Shown here: positions 1 to 12,034 of the stretch, one piece after another
Layout of the letters: every line of letters begins with the position of its first letter
How positions within the stretch are numbered: position 1 is the first letter of the stretch
NCBI RefSeq assembly: GCF_006345805.1
Contig: NC_043021.1
Coordinates: 18,786,001-18,850,000 of the forward strand
Source of the DNA: Octopus sinensis
Taxonomy: Eukaryota
Direction: 5' to 3'
Length of the DNA: 64,000 bases
Notes under the pieces: model-generated
What the model was told of the DNA's origin: nothing
The model's input: the letters and a program-made list of their open reading frames with translations, nothing else
Databases searched by the model: none
Made by a program: the position numbers and the translations under genes

Positions 1-225
1 GGAAAACAAGTAAGAAGTCGATATCCTCCACTATCATCACTACAAGAACTGGAAACTGTTTTAGCTGAAGAATGGACAAAATTCCTTTGGAAACAATTCA
101 AACTTTGTACAAGTCCATACCTTGTAGAATTCAAGCTGTGATTACTGCTAAAGGTGGTCTTACCCCATATTAAAATAAATTTATTTGAAATTTTAAGGTG
201 TTTCCATTATTTTGTCCAACCCCTG
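1..225 (+). mobile_element. Tc1-like transposon 3' end (transposase C-terminus plus right TIR)
   Basis: Translates ...LQELETVLAEEW(fs)ETIQTLYKSIPCRIQAVITAKGGLTPY* (stop 171-173), the typical Tc1 ending. Followed by TIR-like GGTGTTTCCATTATTTTGTCCAACCCCTG. Confidence 0.8.
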
Positions 226-229
226 CTCT

Positions 230-272
<43 letters not shown>

Positions 273-400
273 TGTATGTATCAAAACAAATGACTGAAAA
301 TATTTGGTATATTTTTAATCTTATGTTACACATATTTCATTAAATAATAAGAGAGGACACAGCTAGGTTTAAAATCCCTTATATTCACTATATATATGTA

Positions 401-473
<73 letters not shown>

Positions 474-636
474 CAAAATGAGAAAATGGAGAAATATATC
501 TAAATCAATCATCAACCATCAGATAATACCCAATCAATACTTTATTAAACCATTACACAATAGCAATGATATTCTACATTAATATAGTACAAATATAACA
601 AGACATAGAAATAGAAATAGAAATACATTTACATTG

Positions 637-760
637 TAGCTGACAGCTGTTTCGGCCGTGGAGACAGGTATGTCCCATTTAACCTATTAGCCATATAAAG
701 CAGGTATAAATGAGACATTAACAAGAATGTCTCACGGCCTCTTCAGAGAATTTAATGCAA
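637..760 (-). ncRNA. Candidate type-I hammerhead ribozyme with extended stem II
   Basis: Minus strand: CUGAAGA (746-740), 12-bp stem II with one bulge (654-666/728-739), GAAA (653-650), palindromic stem III ACAGCUGU, GUC. Stem I is weak. Confidence 0.45.
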
Positions 761-789
761 GTATATATATATATATACATACACACACA

Positions 790-1700
790 CATACTCACAT
801 ATACACATGAGGCTTGGCTGAGAAGTCCACAGGCTGACCAAGATACTCCCATGAAATGTCACTAGATGAGGTTTATTTTTCAACATAGTCCCTCTTGCGG
901 TCACGCACTTATTCCATCAGTATTGCATGTGCTTGGGCCTCATTGGTAAAGAAATTTTTATCCTATTGGTCAAAAATATCTTTAATTGCAGATATGACAT
1001 CATCATCATCACCGTGATGCTGGTTCCCAGCCAAATGGTTTTTCATATTGAGGAACAGATGATAATCAGATGGGACCAAATCAGAAAAATAGGGAGACTG
1101 ATCAACTAGTTTGAAGCCACATTCACACACAGCAACCATTGAGACCAAGGACTTATATGCTGAAGCAACTGTCCTGATGAAACAAGACCCCTTTCTTCAG
1201 TTCTGGGCATTTGGTCTTGACAGCTGGGACCAAATCAGAAAAATAGGGAGACTGATCAACTAGTTTGAAGCCACATTCACACACAGCAACCATTGAGACC
1301 AAGAACTTATATGCTGAAGCAACTGTCCTGATGAAACAAGACCCCTTTCTTCAGTTCTGGGCATTTGGTCTTGACAGCTGGGACCAAATCAGAAAAATAG
1401 GGAGACTGATCAACTAGTTTGAAGCCACATTCACACACACAGCAACCATTGAGACCAAGAACTTATATGCTGAAGCAACTGTCCTGATGAAACAAGACCC
1501 CTTTCTTCAGTTCTGGGCATTTGGTCTTGACAGCTTTTCATGACTGCCTGAGCAAGTTGGCATAGTACTTACCATTGAGAACGTGGCCATTTCTACTATA
1601 GCCTGAATCCAGAACCTGGAAGTCTGGAAGTAAACTTGTTACCACACAGCCAGACCTGTGCCCTTCATAAACACATAAACATAGAAAGTGCCCCAATTTT
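790..1700 (-). mobile_element. Degenerate mariner transposase relic with internal 154-bp triplication
   Basis: Minus-strand motifs NGKYYANLLRQ, GVLFHQD, PYFSDLVPSDYHLF (YSPDLAPSDYHLF-like) and frameshifted WNKCV..GDYVEK*. Confidence 0.8.
1071..1534. repeat. Tandem repeat, 3 x 154-156 bp, of mariner coding sequence
   Basis: Unit TGGGACCAAATCAG...GGTCTTGACAGC starts at 1071, 1225 and 1379; near-identical. Confidence 0.95.
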
Positions 1701-2016
1701 CTCTCAGGATGGTGACAACCAGAAAACACAGGAATAAATCTGCTGGGACATCTCATAATGTCTGATCTTATTCTATTTTTTTTCCACATATTATTGTTGA
1801 GGTGAAGAAAAAGCTTCTTATATTTTTCATCTCCAGAATAACGAAAGGTTTTTGAAACAGGTTATAATTACTCTTATAAAATGTAGGAATTTGTGAAATG
1901 CATTCGCTTGCGAGAAGCGTTGGTAAGGTGAGAGTGACAGGGTATTGATTTTTATGTGACACTACAGAGAACCCAATTTTAGAGTGGAGAGGGATATATT
2001 GAAGAGGCTGGAGGGA

Positions 2017-2522
2017 TGGATTGATTGATGGAGAGAGAGAGAGAGAGAGAGGGGAGGAGACTGAGTGATACACAGATACACACAGAAAGATACACACACA
2101 CGGATAGGTAGATAAATAGATAGATAAATAGATAGACAGATAGATAGTTAGATAGATAGATAGATAGATGAATGGAGAGAAAGGGGGAGGGGAGAGAGAG
2201 AGAGAGAACGCCAGAGAGACAGAGACGCACACAGATAGACAGAAAGATATACACACACACACTGATAGATAGGTAGATAAATAGATAGACAGATAGATAG
2301 ATAGATAGATAGATGAATGGAGAGAAAGGTAGATAGGGAGAGAGAGGGAAACCCAGAGACACACACAGATAGACAGAAAGATACACACACTCACACACAC
2401 ACACATACACACACAGATAGATAGATAGATAGATGAATGGAAGGATAGAGAGGGAGAGAGAGAAGCAGTCACACCGATGCATAAACAAATAGATACAAAG
2501 ACAGACAGACAGACAGACTGAC

Positions 2523-2606
<84 letters not shown>

Positions 2607-2690
2607 TGATAGATAGATAAATATATACATACATACATAGACAAATAGACATGCAGACAGACAGATTGACAAACAGACAGAAGGACAGAT
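2017..2690. repeat. Compound GA/GATA/GACA microsatellite with internal duplicated blocks
   Basis: Direct reading; source of the spurious SIYL-repeat ORFs. Confidence 0.95.
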
Positions 2691-3490
2691 ATATTCCAAT
2701 AAATGAAATACGAGTATTATGCATATTGTAAAATGTTTTCACCTTATATTTTACCAATAAATAAAATATATATAAGCCGTTGTCTTTATATAACGATTTT
2801 GTTACAGAAATATGGGTCTTGAGAGAGAGAGAGAAAGAAAGAAAGAGAGAGACAGAGAGAGAGGGGGGAGAGATAGAGAGAGGGGGGAGAGAGAGAAAGA
2901 TGGGAAAAAGAGAAAGTAGTATATATGAGCGATAATTCTATTCAACACTAGTAGCACATATAAACACCACTGATGCACTGGATACTCAGAAGTACTGGTT
3001 ATTTAAAAAAAAAATTTAATTAATGGCTGAAACAAAAATAAGAAAATTAAATGAATCTAAATTATCATGTTGAAACAAATCCAGCAAAACATTCAAAACG
3101 AAACATCCTTACGGGTTAGAAATAGCAGTCAAATCTACGCTAAGTCACATTTCACAATCCTCTAAGAAGGACAAAACACATTACATAATTCTGTTATTGA
3201 TATACAAAAAGTTGAGATGGTCACGGCTGGAATAGTATTGATTGTATATCATCTTCATTTGAAGTGAAGTTAGCTTTGCACTCTTTTAAAATTAAAATTT
3301 GCAAAATATATGAAAATAATCCATAATTTTTTTTTCTTAGTTTCGTGTTTGTCCTTGTTGTTCTTTTCAGTGTCCCGTGTGACAATGACAGTGCACTTGC
3401 CGCATGGAGGTAGACATCGTCTGCTTCAGTCAATGTCGTCTGCTATTTCGTAATAACATGACGATGATAGATTTATATTTATTTTGAAGG

Positions 3491-4290
3491 ACAATGGATG
3501 GATAGAATTGTTAAAGAGCTTGATGAAATGTTCAAATATTATATAGTTTTAGTTAAGGAAATTTGCTTCCCAACCACACGGTCCTGGGTTCAATTCCATT
3601 GAGTGGCACCTTCGGCAAGTGTCTTGTACTCTATTCTTGGGTAAACCAAAGCTTTGTCAGTGGTTTTGGTAGATGGAAACTGAAAGAAGCCCATCATATA
3701 TATATATATCTTGTTTCAGTCATGTGACTATGGCCATGCTGGAGCACCGACTTTAGTCAAGCAAATCGACCCAAGGACTTATTCTTTGTAAGCCTAGTAC
3801 TTATTCTATTGGTCTCTTTTGCCGAACCGCTGAGTTAACTTTTCAAACCTCTGCGCAGACGCAAAATCTACCCGGCGATATAGGGCATGCCGGGAAAAAA
3901 TTTTACGAACAAATCTATCAAGTAATATGTGAATATAATCAAAAAAGGGTAATAACATAGATTATTACCAGTGGCCCAGCACAAAAGACGAATTTGATTA
4001 TATATATACATGATGGGCTTCTTTCAGTTTCCGTCTACCAAATCCACTCACAAGGCTTTGGTTGGCCCGAGGCTATAGTAGAAGACACTTGCCCAAGGTG
4101 CCTTACAGTGGGACTGAACCCGGAACCACACAGCCACTCTCACGATGCCTATATAAATATATATATATATATATATGTGTGTGTATATCACTGCATGCCA
4201 CCTTGGACAAGTGTCCTCTACTATAGCCTTGGGCCAACCAAAGCCTTGTAAGGGAATTTGGTAGACGGAAACTGAAAGAAGCCCGTAATA
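3491..4290. mobile_element. Cluster of SINE-A fragments in mixed orientation (head +3491-3700, tail -3710-3838, head -4013-4137, head part +4196-4290)
   Basis: Matches to the full-length SINE-A copies elsewhere in the window. Confidence 0.8.
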
Positions 4291-4299
4291 CACATATAT

Positions 4300-4735
4300 A
4301 TATGCATTTGTGTGTCTGTGTTTGCCAGTCTGCCTGCCTGCTTGTTTGTCTATCAGTTTGTCTATCTGCCTGCCTCACAGTCTAATTGTCAATCTGCCTC
4401 TTGGTCTGTCTGTCAGTCTGCTTGCCTGCCTACCTGCCTGCCTGCCTGTCTGCCTGTCTGTCTGTCAGTCTATCTGTCTGTCAGTCTGCCTGTCTGTCTG
4501 TCTGTCTATTTGTCTGCTTGTCATTCCATCTGTCAGTCTTGCTGTCTGTCTGCCTGTCAGTCTGTCTGTCTGCCCGCCTATCTGTCTGTCTGTGCCTGTA
4601 TTTATTTGTCTACCAGTTATTCTGTCTTAATTCTCTCTACCTGTCAGTTTCTCTGTCTACCCGTCAGTCTGTCTGTCTGCCTGTCTTCCTGCCTCCCCTG
4701 TCTGCTTGACTGCCTGCCTGCCAGTCTGTCCACCT
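4300..4735. repeat. Degenerate TCTG/CCTG microsatellite
   Basis: Direct reading. Confidence 0.9.
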
Positions 4736-4833
4736 CTCCTCTGCCATCCCTTTCTCCAGAACAGATTACTTCCCCCACTTGTTGGAACCAAAGAGGGATC
4801 CACTTCATTAGGCTTGGGGGTAACTATTTTTGA

Positions 4834-6769
4834 GAAGTGGGCCACACGACACATGGCTGATCATCAGGTGGGCAGCATGACACATGGCTGACCATCAGGT
4901 GGGCTGCATGAGACATAGCTGATCATCAGGTGGGCCTCATGAGACATGGCTGACCATCAGGTGGGCTGCATGAGACATAGCTGATCATCAGGTGGGCCTC
5001 ATGAGACATGGCTGACCATCAGGTGGGCAGCATGAGACATAGCTGATCATCAGGTGGGCCTCATGCGACATGGCTGACCATCAGGTGGGCTGCATGAGAC
5101 ATAGCTGATCATCAGGTGAGCCTCATGAGACATGGCTGACCATCAGGTGGGCTGCATGAGACATAGCTGATCATCAGGTGAGCCTCATGAGACATGGCTG
5201 ATCATCAGGTGGGCTGCATGAGACATAGCTGATCACCAGGTGGGCCTCATGAGACATGGCTGACCATCAGGTGGGCTGCATGAGACATAGCTGATCATCA
5301 TGTGGGCCACATGAGACATGGCTGATCCTCAGGTGGACCACATGAGACTTGGCTGATCATCAAGTGGGCCACATGAGACATGGATGATCATCAGGTGGGC
5401 TGCATGAGACATGGCTGATCATCAGGTGGGCCGCATGAGACATGGCTGATCATCAGGTGGACCGCATAACACATGGCTGATCATCAGGTGGGCCGCATGA
5501 GACATGGATGATCCTCAGGTGGGCAGCATGAGACATGGCTGATCATCAGGTGGGCTGCATGAGACATAGCTGATCATCAGGTGGGCCGCATGAGACATGG
5601 ATAATCCTCAGGCGGGCCGCAGGAGACATGGATGGTCATCAAGTGGGCCACATGAGACATGGATGATCATCAGGTGGGCTGCATGAGACATAGCTGATCA
5701 TCAGGTGGGCCGCATGAGACATGGCTGATCATCAGGTGGCCCGCATAACACATGATGATCATCATGTGGGCCGCATGAGACATGGCTGATCATCAGGTGG
5801 ACCGCATAACACATGTATGATCATCAGGTGGGCAGTATGAGACATGGCTGATCATCAAGTGGACTGCATAACACATGGATGATCATCAAGTGGACAGCAT
5901 GACACATGGATGATTATCAGGTGGACCGCATAACACATGGCTGATCATCAGGTGGGCCACATGAGACATGGATAATCCTCAGGTGGGCAGCATGAGACAT
6001 GGCTGATCATCAGGTGGGCTGCATGAGACATAGCTGATCATCAGGTGGGCCGCATGAGACATGGATAATCCTCAGGTGGGCCGCAGGAGACATGGATGAT
6101 CATCAAGTGGGCCACATGAGACATGGATGATCATCAGGTGGGCTGCATGAGACATAGCTGATCATCAGGTGGGCCGCATGAGACATGGCTGATCATCAGG
6201 TGGCTTGCATAACACATGGATGATCATCATGTGGGCCGCATGAGACATGGCTGATCATCAGGTGGACCGCATAACACATGGATGATCATCAGGTGGGCAG
6301 TATGAGACATGGCTGATCATCAGGTGGACCGCATAACACATGGATGATCATTAGGTGGGCCACAAGAGACATGGATGATTATCAGGTGGGCAGCATGAGA
6401 CATGGGTGATCATCAGGTGGGCAGCATGAGACATGGACGATCATCAGGTGGGCTGTATGACACATGGCTGATTGTCAGGTGGGCTACATAAGACATGGCT
6501 GATAATCAGGTGGGCAGCATGAGACATGGTTGATCATCAGGTGGGCCGCATTTTACATGGATGATCATCAGGTGGGCCACATGACACATGGTTGATCATC
6601 GGGTGGACCGCATGACGCATGGTTGATCATCAGGTGGGCCACATGAGACATGGAAGATCATCAGGTGGGCAGCATGAGACATGGTTGATCATCAGGTGAA
6701 CCGCATGAGATGTGGCTGATCATCAGGTGGGCCACATAAGACATAGCTGATCATCAGGTGGGCCACACT
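4834..6769. repeat. 31-bp minisatellite, about 62 copies, with higher-order structure
   Basis: Unit CAGGTGGGCCGCATGAGACATGGCTGATCAT; period 31 (4865, 4896...). No unique spacers. Confidence 0.97.
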
Positions 6770-6946
6770 ACTAAAAAATATTCAAGGTAATTTTTCTTTG
6801 ATGTGCCATTCAGAAAGTCCTGCATGTCACATGCTGGTTGCTGACCACAGGTTGCCTACAACTGCACTATACAGTTACTAGAAAAAGCAGCCAATCTCCT
6901 TCACATCATACCATACTTCCTCAAATAAAGAAGGATACATTGGACA

Positions 6947-7133
6947 TACTCTTTTACTTGTTTCAGTCATCTGACTGCAGCCATGCTGGAGCACCGCCTT
7001 TAATCGAGCAACTCGACACCAGGACTTATTCTCTTATATCGGTCTCTTTTGCTAAACCACTAAGTGACGGGGACATAAACACACCAGCATCGGTTGTCAA
7101 GCAATGCTAGGGGGACCAAACTCAGACACACAA

Positions 7134-7164
<31 letters not shown>

Positions 7165-7337
7165 CATATATACGACGGGCTTCTTTCAGTTTCCGTCAAC
7201 CAAATCCACTCACAAGGCATTGGTCGGCCCAAGCCTATAGTAGAAGACACTTGCCCAAGGTGCCACGCAGTGGGACTGAACCCGGGACCATATGGTTGGT
7301 AAACAGGCTACTTACCACACAGCCACTCCTGCGCCTA
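6947..7337 (-). mobile_element. SINE-A, full length (tRNA head, central TA/TG microsatellite, GAGTAAAA-type tail)
   Basis: Pol III box A TGGCTGTGTGG and box B GGTTCAGTCCC; many homologues in the window. Confidence 0.9.
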
Positions 7338-7609
7338 TATACATATATACAAAATAAATAAATAAATAAATGAATAGATAAAAAATAGACTGGATAGTCA
7401 TGGCTGGAACACTTTACCTATAAGTTTTTCTTGATCAGCTGTTGCTGGCTTTGTAGCTACCTCTTACTACCACCACTGCCTCCACATAGATAACATCACC
7501 ATATAGATATGCAATATCACCACTGCCACCACCACCACCATCCCCTACACAACTACGAAGATATGTAGAGAGAGAGGCAGGTAAACAGATTGATAGTAAA
7601 AAAGTTCTA

Positions 7610-7840
7610 CAAGGAGGAAGGAAGGAAGGAAGGAAGAAAGGAACAGAAGGAGGGGAGAGGGAAGGAAGGCAAGCTAGCTAGCTAGATATATATATATATA
7701 TTGAGAGAGAGTGAGAGAAAGAGAGAGAGAGGGAGAGAAAGAGAGAAAGAAAGAGAGAGAGAAGGAAGTAAGGCTGGCTGGTTAGCTGGATAGATAGATA
7801 GGTAGATATATAGATAGATAGACAGATAGATAGATAGATT

Positions 7841-7914
<74 letters not shown>

Positions 7915-7958
7915 GAGGGGGAGAGAGAGAGGGAGAGAGAAGAAAGGAAGGCTGGCTG

Positions 7959-7990
<32 letters not shown>

Positions 7991-8230
7991 TAGATAGATA
8001 GATAGACAGACAGACAGATAGATACATAGAGAGAGGGGGAGAGAGAAAGGGGAAGGGAGATGGATAGAGAGAGGGAAGGCAAGCTGGTTAACTAGTCTGA
8101 TAAAGAGATAGAGAGATGGGGAAAGAGAGGGGAGAGGAGGAGAGAGAGGGAGAAAGTGTAACAGACATACGTAGCTAGGTAGACAGACTCAGAAAAGTAA
8201 ATAGACAAATAGATAAATAAATAAATAGAA
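7610..8230. repeat. Compound GGAA/GA/GATA microsatellite
   Basis: Direct reading. Confidence 0.9.
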
Positions 8231-8304
8231 AAAGAGATAACTAATTGATTAATCAAAGTTGTTGAAGACAATCAAAATAGGGTTAGAATTTCCATTGGCA
8301 AATT

Positions 8305-8719
8305 ATAGGCGCAGGAGTGGCTGTGTGGTAAGTAGCTTGTTTACCAACCACATGGTTCCGGGTTCAGTCCCACTGCGTGGCACCTTGGGCAAGTGTCTTC
8401 TACTATAGCCTCGGGCTGACCAAAGCCTTGTGAGTGGATTTGGTAGACGGAAACTGAAAGAAGCCCGTCGTATATATGTGTATATATATATATGCGTGTG
8501 TTTGTGTTTGTACGTCTGTGTTTGTCCCCCTAGCATTGCTTGACAACCGATGCTGGTGTGTTTATGTCCCCGTTACTTAGCGGTTTGACAAAAGAGACCG
8601 ATAGAATAAGTACTGGGCTTACAAAAGAATAAGTCCCGGTGTCGAGTTGCTCGATTAAAGGCGGTGCTCCAGCATGACCGCAGTCAAATGACTGAAACAA
8701 GTGAAAGAGTAAAAGAGTA
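8305..8719 (+). mobile_element. SINE-A, full length
   Basis: Same head, core and tail as the other copies. Confidence 0.92.
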
Positions 8720-8942
8720 TGCACACACACACACATGCCCCTCATACACTCTTTAACTCTACCCACTACCCCTGATTCTTCAGTCATCATACTCTCTTCT
8801 ATCCACCATCTTGGATATGTTACCTTAAGGGGTTTGTATGCTCTGGCTCCTTGTCACCTTCATGGCTGTCTCTCAGGCTCCGGCCACCCATACATAATTC
8901 TTTCAATTATAGGCACAAAGCCAGCAATTTTAGTGGAGGGGT

Positions 8943-9165
8943 AAGGAGGCGAGCTGGCAGAAACGTTAGCACACCGGGCGAAATGCGTAGCTGTATTTCG
9001 TCTGCCATTACGTTCTGAGTTCAAATTCCACCGAGGTCGACTTTGCCTGTCATCCTTTCAGGGTCGATAAACTAAGTACCAGTTATGCACTGGGGTCGAT
9101 GTAATTGACTTAATCCGTTTAGCTATCCTTGTTTGTCCCCTCTGTGTTTAGCCCCTTGTGAAATA
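8943..9165 (+). mobile_element. SINE-E (tRNA-like head; central GCCTTTCATCCTTTCGGGGTCGATAAA-type domain), nested in an older copy
   Basis: 17-bp TSD AATTTTAGTGGAGGGGT at 8926-8942 and 9166-9182; homologues at 41247-41468 and 54646-54868. Resemblance to the Meta-SINE central domain is from memory and unverified. Confidence 0.8.
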
Positions 9166-9461
9166 AATTTTAGTGGAGGGGTTGGTGGTGGTGGTAAGTC
9201 TATTACACCGACCTCAGTGCTTGGCCAGTTCATATTTTATCGACCCTAAATCTATGGATAAAAGGCAGAGCCAACTTTAGTGGGATTTGAACACAGAACT
9301 TAGAACTGGAAGAAAAGCTTTCAAGTCCTTTGCCAATTACACAGACCCCTCTGCTCAAATGATGCTTATTTTGTGTAGCACCTTGAGCAAGTGTCTTCTA
9401 CTATAGCCTCGAAAACCTCATGAGTGGATTTGGCTGACGGAAACTGAAAGAAGTCCATTGT

Positions 9462-9582
9462 ATATATATATATATATATATACTTTATTTAAAAGCAGCA
9501 GAAATTCAACAAAACCTGTTACTCGGAGTTTCACGTTCCCATTCGTTTTTTCCACCTTGTTTCACATTTATGTGTTTACTCC

Positions 9583-9634
<52 letters not shown>

Positions 9635-9890
9635 TATACTGTTATGTCTTGGGAGTCATTTTCTTTTTGTGCCTTATAATTTAACACACTCACCGGTAAA
9701 ATTTCCACTTATTCCTTACTTTTATTTTCCTAAAATTTTTGTTGCGTCTTGCAACTTTTTCAATAGTCTTGACTACCAGTGAGTGTGTTAAATTATAAGG
9801 TACAAAAAGAAAATGACTCTCCTCAGACACAACAGAATATGCTTCAACACACATAAACTCACATAAAGAATCTTGCAAACCAAATCCCAA
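9462..9890. mobile_element. AT-rich fold-back cassettes in (TA)n, Penelope-like derivative candidates
   Basis: 9470-9595 is homologous to 35950-36175 and 58337-58447. 41-bp inverted repeat 9653-9693/9779-9819 with 1 mismatch. Confidence 0.55.
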
Positions 9891-9894
9891 AACG

Positions 9895-9941
<47 letters not shown>

Positions 9942-10059
9942 ATATACAATGGGCTTCTTTCAGTTTTTGATTTTATTCAACTTACTCTGAGTTGTACAGA
10001 TACTACCGCATTGACTTAGTGCTTCAACAAATTTGTGATGGCACAACTACAATTTCACT

Positions 10060-10570
10060 TGGTTTGACAGGTCTTCACAAGGACAGCATATTGCTCAATG
10101 ATTGAAAGGTGCTTTTAACGAGCCAGTTATGCAACTCTGGCACCAGTCATGACTATGGTCTCACTTGGCTTGGCTGGTCTTCTCAAGCATGGCGTATCTT
10201 CAAAGGTCTCAGTCGACTTATCATTGACTCTGTGAAGCCCAACATTTCAGATCATACTTCACCACCTCATCCCATATCTTCCTGGGTCTACCTCCACCAT
10301 TAGAGTGTGACACTTCTTCACACTGCTGTCCTCATCTATACACATCACGTGACCATACCAGCGGAGTCATCTCTCTTGCACACCACATATGATGCTTTTT
10401 ATGTCCAACTTTTCTTTGAGAATGCTTACACTCTGTCGTGCATGCACACTGACATTACACATCCAACGAAGCATACTGGCTTCATTTCTTACAAGCCTAC
10501 ACATGTCCTCAGCAGTCACAGACCATGTTTCACTGCCATGAGGCCACCAAAGCCATACCAAAAACTGAAA
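10060..10570 (-). mobile_element. RTE LINE ORF C-terminal fragment (degraded)
   Basis: HGSETWSVTAEDMCRLVRNEASMLRWMCNVSVH..., homologous to 46019-46261. Confidence 0.85.
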
Positions 10571-10663
10571 CACTGGAGTAAGACATGTTCCTCTGATCCA
10601 GTGAATCCTGTCGATCTGTCCAACCCATTCCAGCAGAGCAAAATGGGCATAAGATAATGATGA

Positions 10664-11037
10664 CTAGCACTATGACCTGGCAACACCGGGTCATAGTGCT
10701 AGTGCATGCATATACAGCTGCGTGCGTGTGCACATACACGCGAGTACTGTTCAAATCTCCAACCAATCACATACAGCTAGCTGGCATTCAATCGGCGTAT
10801 CAAGTTTCGGGCATTTTGATTGGGTTTTGGATAGAAAATTCACAAAAAAGTCACTTCTATTGATTTTTTAATGGCTTTGCGGGGTGACTGGGGAAATGTA
10901 AAGATGTGCACGACCACCCTTGGACGGTTTTGAATGACCATAGAAAGTGCGAGCCCTCTAATTGAAAAATTGGGGATTTGTATAAAGGACATGCACACGC
11001 ACACACACAGACATTTTGCCGTTTATATATATAGAGA
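10664..11037 (-). mobile_element. Non-autonomous Helitron, complete copy
   Basis: 5' TC(TCTATATATATAAAC), 3' palindrome ending CTAG, inserted between A and T with no TSD; copies at 49360-49738 and 60178-60512. Confidence 0.8.
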
Positions 11038-11235
11038 TGATGAGGGAGGAGGTGAAAGAGGTGGATATAAATGTAACGAGCATTAAAGTTTGTATGTCTT
11101 GAATGAAATCCACCATTTCCCAACAAATCTGTACCTAATTTCTTATAGAGATCCAAAATGCTAACTAGAATAATCCATAAATATCATCAAAATAAAACTC
11201 TAGCAGTTCATCAAAAAAGACTGATAGAATAAGTA

Positions 11236-11555
11236 TTTTGTTTTATTTATGCACCCTTTTCAAGCCTAGCCAGGCTCATGGGTCTGGTTTCCCAGTTTCT
11301 GTGGCATATGTGTTCCCCCTGCCAGCTGGACAGGACGCCAGTCCATCACAGCATTACTCAAGAAACAGGAAGAAAGATTGAGAGAAAGTTGGAGCAAAAG
11401 AGTACAACAGGGGTCGCCACCAACTCCCACTAGAGCCTCATGGAGCTTTAGGTGTTTTCGCTCAATAAACACACGCAACACCCCATCTGGGAATCGAAAC
11501 CGCGATCCTCCGACTGCGAGTCCGCTGCCCTAACCACTGGGACATGGCACCTCCA
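11236..11555 (-). mobile_element. SINE-C, tail variant ii (V-SINE-like GATGGACTGGCGTCCTGTCCAG domain)
   Basis: tRNA-like head shared with 53509-53892; 14-bp TSD TGATAGAATAAGTA at 11222-11235 and 11556-11569. Confidence 0.85.
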
Positions 11556-11731
11556 TGATAGAATAAGTACCAGGCTTATTCTCTACATTGAAGGCTCTCA
11601 ACCATTTTTTTTTATTTATCCACTCCTTTGATTACTATTTTGTTCTGGCCGACCCCATAGCTGTCCAATGCTTAAAAACTAGTTTTATAGAAACTTCTTT
11701 CAAAATCCCTATTTTGTTTTTCACCCATTAA

Positions 11732-11952
11732 CCCTTTAGTGTTCATATTATTCTACCAAAATTAATGCTTTTTTATCCACATTGTTTTGAACTAATCATG
11801 CATTATCTTGTAGCTTTGAGATTTTGATGAGGTAGCTGTTAATTTTTAAGACGATATTGTAGGGTTGGTGTGAGAGACCAGATCTGGCCAGTTTGAACAT
11901 AAAACAGGCAGAATACTTATGGCCGGATATGGCCAGTTTAAATACTAAAGGG
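11732..11952 (+). mobile_element. piggyBac-type MITE
   Basis: TTAA on both sides, CCCTTTAG...CTAAAGGG TIRs; homologues at 62443-62663, 59921-60111 and 18510-18660. Confidence 0.85.
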
Positions 11953-12034
11953 TTAACTTGTGTAGAATGAACTACATAAAATGTTTGAGAAAGAAACCTT
12001 GGGGTTTTTTGCAATACATATCGATACATAAAAG

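Noticed and set aside
1170-1190. CTGATGAAAC as a hammerhead core
   Set aside because: No stem II between the motifs; it is the antisense of mariner LFHQD codons.
1768-2757. 329-aa and 221-aa ORFs (SIYL repeats)
   Set aside because: Translations of GATA/GA microsatellite, which lacks stops in some frames.
3360-3450. Possible exon after a TTGTTCTTTTCAG acceptor
   Set aside because: Weak donor, no recognisable protein similarity, no partner exons.
4834-6769. 31-bp array as a CRISPR array
   Set aside because: Repeats are contiguous with no unique spacers, there are no cas genes, and the context is eukaryotic.
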